Shown piece after piece: positions 17,545-26,111 of a stretch of 26,111 bases of DNA. This DNA is from Candidatus Brocadiia bacterium (lineage in GTDB: Bacteria; Planctomycetota; Brocadiia; SM23-32), in NCBI GenBank assembly GCA_046538485.1, contig JBKHIT010000064.1, positions 1-26,111 on the forward strand. The letters run 5' to 3'. A program made the translations under genes and the position numbers. The stretch's first letter is position 1. Every line of letters starts with the position of its first letter. The notes under the pieces are model-generated. The model saw only the letters and a program-made list of their open reading frames with translations, ran no database searches and was not told the DNA's origin.

Positions 17545-18704
17545 AAGGCGATGGAAAGAACGACAAAAACGCCATATTTCAGTCCAATCGATCCGATGGA
17601 CGCTTTGTTACTATTGAAGGTTCTCTGCATGCGCGGTTGAAAAATCTTGACCAAAAGTTGGCCTTTTCGCCGGAAATGAGCGCAGAGGAACACCGTGAAT
17701 GGCGCGACAAAGTGCGGACGAAATTGCGGAAACTTTTGTGTATACCCGAAGAGGTGACAGTCGAGAGTGAAGAACCGGAGATGCTATGGAGCGAGGCGCG
17801 AGAGGGTTACGAGCTGCAAAAATGGGAGGCCTATCCCGAACCCTGCAGCGTGGTGCCTTTCCTTGTATTGGTCCCGGACGGGATTGATGAAAAATCTCCC
17901 GGCGCGGCGGTAATATGTTTCCCGGGAAGCAGTGCGACAAAAGAGCGGCTCGCGGGGGAACCGGAGGTGGTTGACTGGCCCGTCTCCACGAAGCATCCGG
18001 AGCGTAATAAGATGGCGTGGCATTACGCGCAAGCCGGGCTGATTGCCATCGCGATGGACCATCCGGACCGCGGCGAGAGAACCAAGAATATGTTCGAGGA
18101 TAGCCGCTATGAAATCGGGGTGGATGCTCTGTGGCTTGGTCGGAGTTTTGAGAGTATCTCAGTTGCTGAAAAACTACACGTTTACAATTGGCTCAAGAGC
18201 CGACCGTGCGTGAATGCGGAACAAATAGCAGTCTCCGGTCATTCACTGGGGGCGAAGCCTGCTTTGCACATGGGAGTTATCCAACCCGACATTGCGGCGG
18301 TTGTGTGGAACGATTTCTGTGCGCACTGGCTGAAACGTCGGCTTAATGTCGTCTCATGGCGGCCGCATCTCGGTCATTATATCCCGGGTATGCAACAGTG
18401 GTTCGATTACACGGACCTGATGGCGGCGGTGGCGCCAAGACCGTTCTTGATCACGGAGGGCGGTCGCACGGAAGATATCGAACGCATCCGCGAGGCGTGG
18501 AAATGCACTGAAACCCCTGAGAATTTCAAGGTGACATACTACCCCAAATACGGCACTCCCGAACAGCGACCCCACGATGATGATCCACTGTTCGAGGGGA
18601 TGAGCATGGAGCAGTATTTCGAGTATGCGAACGTTGATGTGCTACAGCATTGTTTCAAAGAAAATGTTGCCGTACCATGGTTGACAAATGTATTGAGTGA
18701 GTAA
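17541..18704 (+). CDS. Alpha/beta hydrolase (Abhydrolase_7-like, putative carbohydrate esterase)
   Basis: GHSLG nucleophile elbow, YPEPCSVVPFLVLVP, AVICFPGS, APRPFLITEGG; ATG 17541 overlaps the sulfatase stop (ATGA). Confidence 0.85.
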   Translation: MKGDGKNDKNAIFQSNRSDGRFVTIEGSLHARLKNLDQKLAFSPEMSAEEHREWRDKVRTKLRKLLCIPEEVTVESEEPEMLWSEAREGYELQKWEAYPEPCSVVPFLVLVPDGIDEKSPGAAVICFPGSSATKERLAGEPEVVDWPVSTKHPERNKMAWHYAQAGLIAIAMDHPDRGERTKNMFEDSRYEIGVDALWLGRSFESISVAEKLHVYNWLKSRPCVNAEQIAVSGHSLGAKPALHMGVIQPDIAAVVWNDFCAHWLKRRLNVVSWRPHLGHYIPGMQQWFDYTDLMAAVAPRPFLITEGGRTEDIERIREAWKCTETPENFKVTYYPKYGTPEQRPHDDDPLFEGMSMEQYFEYANVDVLQHCFKENVAVPWLTNVLSE

Positions 18705-18743
18705 GTTCGTGCAGGAAGGATTTCGGGTGTAAGGAGTTTATTA

Positions 18744-20270
18744 ATGACCGAGGAAGCACCGATGAACATAGGAGGGCGGCGCGAGTTTTTTGTGGATAGG
18801 CAGTTGATTGAAGAATTGAAGGGCGATGCGGAACGAAGGTTGCAGCATCCGACGCCGAAAAATATTGTTATTGAGCCGGACAGTCCCTGGGAACAGGGGA
18901 TGGGGACACTCGGCTACATCACGGTGATCGAAGACGACGGCCGATATCGAATGTACTACAAGGGTTCCATAATGCGGGATCTCCCGTCTGAAGAGGATAA
19001 TGCCTTTGGAATTGCGGATATCATTATTTGCTACGCCGAAAGTCGCGACGGAATTCACTGGGATAAACCCGATCTGGGTATCCATGAGTTCCAGGGGTCT
19101 CGGAAAAATAACATCGTGTGGAAAGGATGCGGTTCGCACGGATTTGCGCCGTTTATTGATACACGACCTGGTTGTCCGGCGGATGAAAGATATAAAGCTG
19201 TCGGGATGTCGAAAACCAACGTCGAGCCAAAACCGGGCGGGACAAAGTATCTTTTCGTTCTGTCATCACCCGATGGGTTGCACTGGTCTCCGATGGGAGG
19301 ACCAAAGGAATGTGGTGCAATCCTGGACCAGGACGACGGAGATTTTGACTCGCAGAATGTGGCCTTCTGGGACGAGACCGCCGGCTGCTACCGCCTCTAC
19401 TTCCGACGTCGCCGCGATGTGAAGACACGCCCTGATCTGGTGGACCGGGAAGATGGTGAAGGGTATCACGATGTAAAACCTCGCGTGCGGGACATCAAAA
19501 CGGCCACGTCCGATGATTGTTTGAGGTGGTCGGCGCCGGATTTCTTGAACTATCCTGGTGCGCCAGACGAGGAACTTTATACGAACCAGATCATTCCCTA
19601 TCCCCGCGCCCCGCATATCCTTCTGGGTTTCCCGACACGTTACGTCGAAGGGCGGGGCCCGCTGACTGAATGGCATGAGAAGATGGCCGAAAAAAAGCCG
19701 GGGCGCACGTATATCAGTTACACCGACGGGCTGCTTATGAGCAGCCGGGATGGGGAGACGTTCCATCGCTGGGGAGAGGCATTCCTCCGACCGCGTATGC
19801 CTGAAGATCACCTGTGGTGTTACGGTGCATGTTATCAGAACCATGGATTGGTCGAGACGGACTCGGATATCAAGGGGGCTCCCCGGGAGTTTTCCCTTTA
19901 TGCCTGCGAAAGATACCGTTCCAATCCCCGAATCCGCCGGCATACGATCCGTTTGGATGGGTTTGTTTCGGTTAACGCACCGTTGTCAGGCGGAGAATTG
20001 GTGACAAAACCCATTACGTTTGATGGGGAGAAACTGTTTCTGAACATGGCCACATCGGCTGCCGGGAGCATCCAGGTTGAAATCCAGGACCCCGATGGTA
20101 GCCCGTTGCCGGACTTCGGTGTTGATAATTGTGTGCCTTTGTTCGGTAATGCCGTGACGAAAGAGGTTGACTGGAAGGGGCAGCGAGGACTCTCAGAGCT
20201 GGCCGGTCAGGAAGTGCGGCTCAAGTTCTTGCTCAAAGACGCAGACCTTTTCGCTTTACAGTTCGGTTGA
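18744..20270 (+). CDS. Uncharacterised beta-propeller glycosidase-like protein, paralogue 3
   Basis: IGGRREFFVD, SPWEQ, YRMYY, CYAESRDG, FDSQNVAFWD, LYTNQ, RRHTIRLDGF, DADLFALQF; AAGGAG upstream. Confidence 0.75.
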   Translation: MTEEAPMNIGGRREFFVDRQLIEELKGDAERRLQHPTPKNIVIEPDSPWEQGMGTLGYITVIEDDGRYRMYYKGSIMRDLPSEEDNAFGIADIIICYAESRDGIHWDKPDLGIHEFQGSRKNNIVWKGCGSHGFAPFIDTRPGCPADERYKAVGMSKTNVEPKPGGTKYLFVLSSPDGLHWSPMGGPKECGAILDQDDGDFDSQNVAFWDETAGCYRLYFRRRRDVKTRPDLVDREDGEGYHDVKPRVRDIKTATSDDCLRWSAPDFLNYPGAPDEELYTNQIIPYPRAPHILLGFPTRYVEGRGPLTEWHEKMAEKKPGRTYISYTDGLLMSSRDGETFHRWGEAFLRPRMPEDHLWCYGACYQNHGLVETDSDIKGAPREFSLYACERYRSNPRIRRHTIRLDGFVSVNAPLSGGELVTKPITFDGEKLFLNMATSAAGSIQVEIQDPDGSPLPDFGVDNCVPLFGNAVTKEVDWKGQRGLSELAGQEVRLKFLLKDADLFALQFG

Positions 20271-20384
20271 TTCGGGAAGGCCCCCGAGGATATGAAAGAA
20301 TTGCATGACGGAATCGTGCTGGTCACGATCTCTATCTGCCTTATTTGTGGCGCCCGGTTAGCGGGAAAACAGAAGGAGAGAATG

Positions 20385-21314
20385 ATGAAACTGAAAACAG
20401 TCAGAAAAATCTGGGATAAGGCTCCCCACAATGCGTTTACCGATTTGATCAGGTTCAAAGGGGACTGGTACTGCGCTTTTCGGGAAGGGGAGAGCCATGT
20501 GTCTGACGACGGCAGGCTGCGTGTTATCAGGTCTTCCGATGGCGACGGCTGGTCATCTGTGGCACTGATGACGTGGGATGGAGGCGATGTGCGCGATGCA
20601 AAACTTTCTGTGACGGCCGACGGTCAGTTGATGCTCAGCGGCGCCGTCCGCTTTCTCAAACCAAAAGATGGTAATACACATCAATCTGTTACATGGTTGT
20701 CCTCAGACGGTGAGAACTGGAGCGACCCCTATGCCTGCCCGACGGGATTGGGAACCTGGCGATGGAGTGTGACATGGCACAAAGGGGTGGCATACAGTTT
20801 CGGCTACAGTGGCAAAGATAAAGCAGGTTGCCTCTATCGTTCCGAAGATGGGAAAAGCTGGGAAGCGGTCAAAGACGATGTCTACCCCGACGCCGATACC
20901 TACGGCAACGAAACATCCATTTTGTTCCTTGAGGACGATACGGCCTGTTGCCTTCTCCGGCGCGACAAGGGCAGTTGCACCGGGATGCTGGGCAAAGCGC
21001 AACCGCCGTATACCGACTGGGAGTGGCATGATCTGGGCGTGCGGATCGGCGGGCCTAAAATGATTGCATTGGATAACGATCGGTTTGTGGCCGGGGTTCG
21101 TCTGTACAATGATAAAACACGAACATCGCTGTGCTGGATAGACCCTCAGAATGCGAATCTTGACGAAGCCCTGACGCTTCCCTCAGGAGGAGACACAAGC
21201 TACCCCGGGCTGGTCTTACGGGATGACGTCCTCTGGGTCAGTTACTATTCGTCGCACGAAGATAAGACGGCCATTTACCTCGCCAGAGTTCAGATCGACG
21301 AATCCCCAACATAA
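20385..21314 (+). CDS. Exo-alpha-sialidase-like beta-propeller protein
   Basis: IWDKAPHNAFTDLIRF, AFREG, SSDGDGW, DVRDAKL, SSDGENW, SEDGKSW, LPSGGDTSYPG, VSYYSSHE. AAGGAG favours ATG 20382/20385; ATG 20292 is an alternative that adds a hydrophobic leader. Confidence 0.8.
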   Translation: MKLKTVRKIWDKAPHNAFTDLIRFKGDWYCAFREGESHVSDDGRLRVIRSSDGDGWSSVALMTWDGGDVRDAKLSVTADGQLMLSGAVRFLKPKDGNTHQSVTWLSSDGENWSDPYACPTGLGTWRWSVTWHKGVAYSFGYSGKDKAGCLYRSEDGKSWEAVKDDVYPDADTYGNETSILFLEDDTACCLLRRDKGSCTGMLGKAQPPYTDWEWHDLGVRIGGPKMIALDNDRFVAGVRLYNDKTRTSLCWIDPQNANLDEALTLPSGGDTSYPGLVLRDDVLWVSYYSSHEDKTAIYLARVQIDESPT

Positions 21315-21369
21315 GTTGCCGAGTTATTGGTGGTCGACTGAATTGTAATTCGATGATGGGAATTGAGAT

Positions 21370-22479
21370 ATGGATATTCAGGTTCAGACGATTCGCAGTG
21401 GTTTCGATGGAGAGACCTGCTGGGTCGATCCGTGGTGCGGGATAGCTGAAGACGGGCAAACGGCTGTCCTGACAATGCAAAAACTGTTGCTTTCGGGCAG
21501 CGATGTGTTTTTTGGGGCACATACTGCCTGGAGCACTGACCGTGGTTCGACGTTTTCGGAATTATTTCCTGTCCCTGCCATGGGCCGGCGAAAAGAACGG
21601 GAGGGACTTGAGTCGTGCGTCAATGATCTGAAACCGCGCTGGCATTCAGCGTCCCAGACCATGCTTGGGATTGGGGTCCGCGTCTTTTACAGCAATTCGG
21701 CTCATCCCGACCACACCCGGGACGGAGGGCATCCGCCGGAAACCGTTTATGCCCTCTGGGATCCAGAAACCGGTCGGTGGAGTGATCCGGTCCCGTTGCC
21801 GGTCCCCGAGCATCCTGATTTTGACGAGGCGGTTGCCGGGAGCGTGCAGTGGCTGGAACATGCGGACGGACGCATTTTTCTGCCTCTTTCGTGCCGACCG
21901 AGAGGGGAACGGGTGCGGACCACATTCGTGGCCGAGTGTAAATTCGATGGCGAGAAGCTGGAAATAGATCGGCTGGGCAATGGATTGAGCGTGCCCGTGG
22001 CGCGAGGGCTCTACGAACCATCAATCGCACAGGTTGACGATCGATACGCATTGACGCTCCGAAACGACGAGAAAGGATACGTGGCCGTCAGCGAGGATGG
22101 ATTGCAGTTCGAGCAGCTCCAGCCATGGACGTTCGACGACGGCGAGGAACTTGGAAGCTACAACACGCAACAACACTGGGTTACCCAGGGGGACCGGGCG
22201 TGGTTAGTTTACACCCGACGGGGACTCAACAACGATCACGTCTTCCGTCATCGCGCTCCGCTTATGATCGCGGAAGTTGATGTAGAGGAAATGGTCGTTA
22301 TCCGGGAAGCCGAGCAAACACTTATTCCCGAACGTGGAGCCCGTCTTGGAAACTTCGGCGTGACGGAGGTTGATCAAAACGAGACGTGGATAACGGTTGC
22401 CGAATGGATGCAACCTCTCGGATGTGAACAGCACGGGAGCGATAACAGCGTCTACCTGGCTCGTTTAAAATGGGCTTGA
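21370..22479 (+). CDS. BNR/sialidase-family propeller protein
   Basis: STDRGSTF, RGLYEPS, LTLRND, SEDGLQF, GSYNTQQHW, NDHVFRHRAPL, ERGARLGNFGV, EWMQP. Confidence 0.75.
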   Translation: MDIQVQTIRSGFDGETCWVDPWCGIAEDGQTAVLTMQKLLLSGSDVFFGAHTAWSTDRGSTFSELFPVPAMGRRKEREGLESCVNDLKPRWHSASQTMLGIGVRVFYSNSAHPDHTRDGGHPPETVYALWDPETGRWSDPVPLPVPEHPDFDEAVAGSVQWLEHADGRIFLPLSCRPRGERVRTTFVAECKFDGEKLEIDRLGNGLSVPVARGLYEPSIAQVDDRYALTLRNDEKGYVAVSEDGLQFEQLQPWTFDDGEELGSYNTQQHWVTQGDRAWLVYTRRGLNNDHVFRHRAPLMIAEVDVEEMVVIREAEQTLIPERGARLGNFGVTEVDQNETWITVAEWMQPLGCEQHGSDNSVYLARLKWA

Positions 22480-22492
22480 AGGAGAGTAAAGG

Positions 22493-23992
22493 GTGAGTGG
22501 TATTGCTCTCAATGAAGACAACAGCCATTTTTTTCACACGCGCGGCGATGCGCCGCTGACGGAGCAGACGGTCGACGCGCTTGTCGATCAGTATGCTAAT
22601 ACCAATGTGGAACATCTGCTGTTCAGCCCGAATTCAATGTGCACCAGTTACGGAAGCGAGGTTTGGGAACCCATATGGAACGGTTACGATCCCGAAGGCC
22701 CGGATGATCAGCCCCTCCTGGCGAGTACAAAGCCGGAAACACGAGCACGGGCACGGACATGGATCCATACCGCGTGGGCACTGGATCAGGCGGGTATTGA
22801 CGTTTATAAGCGCTGGATCGCGCGGTCACGGAAACATGGCATCTCGCCGTGGTTGTCCATGCGCATGAACGATATTCACAATGTCAATGATAGAGACTCT
22901 TATATTCATAGCGACTTCTGGCGTAAAAATCCCGAACTGTGGCGCGTGCAGTACCGGTTTAATCAATGGCAGGATCGCGCTTTGGATTACGGTCGGCAAA
23001 AGGTCCGCGAACATGTTTTCAAACTGGTCAACGAGCTGGTAGAACGGTACGATTTCGACGGGTTGGAACTGGATTGGATGCGTTTCGGTTTTCATTTCCG
23101 GCCGGGACACGAAGGTGAAGGGGTGCGTCTTCTGACCGAATTCACGCAGCGGATCCGGGATCTGCTGGGTCAGTGGGAGAAGAAACGTGGCCATCACATT
23201 CGCCTCGGGGCGCGAGTGCCATCTCGCCCGAGGTCAGCTGTTGGTCTGGGAATGGATGCCGTTCGCTGGGCGAGACAGGATCTGGTTGACTGGCTCGTGG
23301 TGACACCTTTCTGGGCGACCATTGAACCCGATATGCCTGTGGAACTCTGGCGGGATCTGCTGGCCGGCACCGGGGTGGAACTGTGCGCCGGTCTTGAGGT
23401 TCTGCTGAGACCGTACCCGGGAGCGCGTCCGCTACAAACTAATTCTCTGGAAACGGTCCGAGCGGCCGCGTTGTCATTACTCCATCGGGGTGCCGACAGG
23501 ATTTATCTCTTCAATTACATGGACTCGGAGACTACGATTGATCACGAGGAAGATTACAGGCAATTGGTCCGGGAAATTGGCAATTACGAGACCATGAAAA
23601 CACGTTCCCGACGGCATGTTTTGACCTATACGGATACTCTACCGGTTGGGGAACCGCAGGCAGCAGCCTTGCCGGTAGAAGTTCCGGGCGATGGCTGGCA
23701 TGCCTTTCGTCTGCATATCGGCCCGAAACCCGGGGGCGAAAACGCATCTGTGGTTCTGGCGTTTGACACCGAAAACGGTGATACGGGAGAGTCTGTGTCC
23801 GTGCGGCTCAACGGCGAACTGTGTGGGAACGCCGAACCAGCGACTGTTGAAAAGCCCGCGCCGAGTGAGCCGGCCTGGCGTTACAGCATTCCCGGAAATG
23901 CGCCGCAACCCGGGTACAATGTTGTCGAAATCCATGCCCGGGCGAGAGTAAGAATAACGTGGATGGAATGTGATATCGGCGTTGCACATTAA
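22493..23992 (+). CDS. Glycosyl-hydrolase-like 10 (GHL10/DUF187-like) TIM-barrel protein with a C-terminal beta domain
   Basis: LNEDNSH, WLSMRMNDIH, ALDYG...VREH...ELVERYDFDGLELDWMR, GADRIYLFNY; AAGGAG before GTG. Confidence 0.7.
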   Translation: MSGIALNEDNSHFFHTRGDAPLTEQTVDALVDQYANTNVEHLLFSPNSMCTSYGSEVWEPIWNGYDPEGPDDQPLLASTKPETRARARTWIHTAWALDQAGIDVYKRWIARSRKHGISPWLSMRMNDIHNVNDRDSYIHSDFWRKNPELWRVQYRFNQWQDRALDYGRQKVREHVFKLVNELVERYDFDGLELDWMRFGFHFRPGHEGEGVRLLTEFTQRIRDLLGQWEKKRGHHIRLGARVPSRPRSAVGLGMDAVRWARQDLVDWLVVTPFWATIEPDMPVELWRDLLAGTGVELCAGLEVLLRPYPGARPLQTNSLETVRAAALSLLHRGADRIYLFNYMDSETTIDHEEDYRQLVREIGNYETMKTRSRRHVLTYTDTLPVGEPQAAALPVEVPGDGWHAFRLHIGPKPGGENASVVLAFDTENGDTGESVSVRLNGELCGNAEPATVEKPAPSEPAWRYSIPGNAPQPGYNVVEIHARARVRITWMECDIGVAH

Positions 23993-24052
23993 ATCGAATG
24001 TTCGTTTCAGTTTGGCGACAAAAAATTACGAGATCCTATGGAAGAAAGTCCA

Positions 24053-25519
24053 ATGACAGAAGCAATTGATATCGGATCACGACGAGAACTTTTTGTAGAC
24101 GATTATCTGATCGAACGCATGGAGGAGGGACTCAGCCTCCAACTGCATCACCCGGCCCCTCGGGGAATTGTCCTTAGAATGGACCGTCCCTGGGAAGGAA
24201 ATATGTGCGGTTTTATTACGGTGATGAAAGACGACGACCGGTTTCGCATGTATTACAAAGGACACAAGCAGAATCTGGAGGCCGGCACCGATTCCAACGG
24301 CCACATGGTGGAAGCGCATCCCCTCAACGTGTGCTATGCCGAAAGTCGGGACGGTGTCAACTGGCAGCGTCCGGAACTGGGACTGATCGAGTTTGACGGA
24401 ACAACCGCGAACAACATCATCACCGAAGGTTTCGGATCGGAACAAAAAGGGGTTCATGGTTTCGCACCTTTTAAAGACCCCAATCCGGCGGCCTCCGGGG
24501 ACGCACGCTATAAAGCTGTCGGGGCCGTTCGGCGTGCCTGCAGCGACGGTCTCTACGCGATGGGATCGACGGACGGCTTGAAGTGGTCGCTGTTGTCGGA
24601 AGAGCCGATACTGGAACAGGGAAAAGACGGCAAATTCGACTCACAGAATCTGGCTTTCTGGGACCCGGTGCGGGAACAGTACCGAGCTTACGTCCGACAG
24701 GGCGGACCCGCCGGACGGGATATCGCGACGGCAATGTCCGAGGATTTTATTCACTGGACAGATTCGGAGCTGCTGGAATATCCGGGTGCACCGGGCGAAC
24801 AGCTTTACACCAACCAGATTATGCCGTATCCCCGGTCACCGCATATGCTTGTGGGGTTCCCGACGCGTTACGTGGAACGAGAATGGTCTTCGAGCATTGA
24901 ACAGCTCCCTGAACGCGAACATCGTCGCCGGCGCAGTAATGTGCGAGAACGGTACGGTACGGCGCTGACCGACGGTTTGTTCATGACGAGCCGCGATGGG
25001 CGTACTTTTAACAGGTGGGGGGAGGCGTTTATACGCCCGGGACCTCAGCTTGAGGGCAACTGGGCCTATGGAGATAATTACCAGGCCTGGGGTATGCTGG
25101 AGACGGATTCCTCTCTGGAAGGAGCTCCCCAGGAATTGTCTTTTTACGCAACGGAGAATTACTGGCGGCAACCCAGCGCGGTGCGACGCTACAGTCTGCG
25201 TAAAGATGGTTTCGTTTCGGTCCACGCGCCGCGAAGCGGCGGCGAAGTCCTGACAAAACCCCTTATCTTCCAGGGCAACTGGATGGAGATCAATTTCTCG
25301 ACTTCCGCCGCCGGGAGCTTGAAAGTTGAGATCCAGGGAGCTGACGGGATGCCCGTTGACGGATTTACAGTGAACGATTGCGTTGAACAGATCGGTGATG
25401 AACTTGACCGAACCGTCAAGTGGCAGAATGGAGACGATCTGAGTGAGCTCCGGGGAAAGCCTGTACGGCTCCGAATTGTCCTGACGGACGCCGACCTCTA
25501 TGCGATTCGGTTCAAGTGA
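24053..25519 (+). CDS. Uncharacterised beta-propeller glycosidase-like protein, paralogue 4 (closest to paralogue 1)
   Basis: IGSRRELFVDDYLIE, GVHGFAPFKDP, FDSQNLAFWD, RWGEAFIRPGPQLE, WAYGDNYQAWGM and QIGDELDR are all shared with 6587-8089. Start is ATG 24053 or 24038. Confidence 0.75.
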   Translation: MTEAIDIGSRRELFVDDYLIERMEEGLSLQLHHPAPRGIVLRMDRPWEGNMCGFITVMKDDDRFRMYYKGHKQNLEAGTDSNGHMVEAHPLNVCYAESRDGVNWQRPELGLIEFDGTTANNIITEGFGSEQKGVHGFAPFKDPNPAASGDARYKAVGAVRRACSDGLYAMGSTDGLKWSLLSEEPILEQGKDGKFDSQNLAFWDPVREQYRAYVRQGGPAGRDIATAMSEDFIHWTDSELLEYPGAPGEQLYTNQIMPYPRSPHMLVGFPTRYVEREWSSSIEQLPEREHRRRRSNVRERYGTALTDGLFMTSRDGRTFNRWGEAFIRPGPQLEGNWAYGDNYQAWGMLETDSSLEGAPQELSFYATENYWRQPSAVRRYSLRKDGFVSVHAPRSGGEVLTKPLIFQGNWMEINFSTSAAGSLKVEIQGADGMPVDGFTVNDCVEQIGDELDRTVKWQNGDDLSELRGKPVRLRIVLTDADLYAIRFK

Positions 25520-25541
25520 GCATTCTTAGACGTGATTTGTG

Positions 25542-26111
25542 GTGGGCCTTCAGCCCACCTGTCCTTTTCCCGGTCCTGTATCCCGGGCCTCTGCGGACCT
25601 CTGGCCCGCTTCAGCCCGGGCTAATATCTTAAGGACTTTCAGTCCTCTTGCAATCCCCGCCCGGCCCAACGCCCAACAAAGCTGCCTCTTAAGCAGATTT
25701 CGTAAGCAGAATTTACGCCCGCATTTCGGCCCACCGTATCACCCCATCATGGCCCTGGTCTCTGGACCCCACCGAGGTGCAACAATATAGTCCGGTGGAA
25801 CGCCGTCTGAAAGATCGCCGCGACCCGGGAATAACATCGCGTGCCTCACACGCCGGCCGCGCAGCCCCAACGGGGTGATGACAATTTAGCCCGGGGAAAC
25901 GCGGTCTGAAGGATCGCGGCGCCCTGGGGTAACATCACGTGCCTCACACGCCGGCCGCGCAGCCCCAACGGAGTGATGATAATTTAGCCCTGGGTAACGC
26001 GGTCTGAAGGATCGCGGCGTCCGGAAATAACATCGCGTGCCTCACACACGGGCCGTGCAGCCCCAACGGGGTGATGACAATTTAGCCCGGGGAAACGCGG
26101 TCTGAAGGATC
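25542..26111 (-). mobile_element. REP-bounded repeat element, copy 2 (inverted, runs off the window end)
   Basis: 25542-25896 is the reverse complement of 6203-6557, with one mismatch found by eye (6538 vs 25561). Confidence 0.75.
25801..26111 (-). repeat. Tandem array of 98-99-bp units (three complete plus a partial)
   Basis: Units 25801-25899, 25900-25997, 25998-26095 and partial 26096-26111; same family as 5907-6298. Confidence 0.95.

Overview
A bacterial carbohydrate-catabolism island. The gene families are typical of Planctomycetota/PVC-type glycan degraders, but the taxon is an inference. After a truncated oxidoreductase remnant and a minus-strand DUF2961/GH172-like gene, about 24 kb of genes all lie on the + strand. 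They encode a PHP metallohydrolase, a membrane-anchored unknown protein, three BNR/sialidase-like propeller proteins, two Cys-type sulfatases, two short GH29-like proteins, a Gfo/Idh/MocA oxidoreductase, an alpha/beta hydrolase, a GHL10-like protein, and four intact paralogues plus two decayed remnants of an uncharacterised ~460-510 aa beta-propeller glycosidase-like family. No transporter, regulator, transposase, RNA gene or CRISPR array is seen. The most unusual non-coding feature is a ~690-bp transposase-less element: REP-like 19-bp terminal inverted repeats, a tandem array of ~98-bp hairpin units, and a conserved ~260-bp tail. It occurs twice in inverted orientation (5868-6559 and 25542 to window end), bracketing a ~19-kb block that begins and ends with the two most similar paralogues. 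Product calls are from motif recognition by eye, not database searches.
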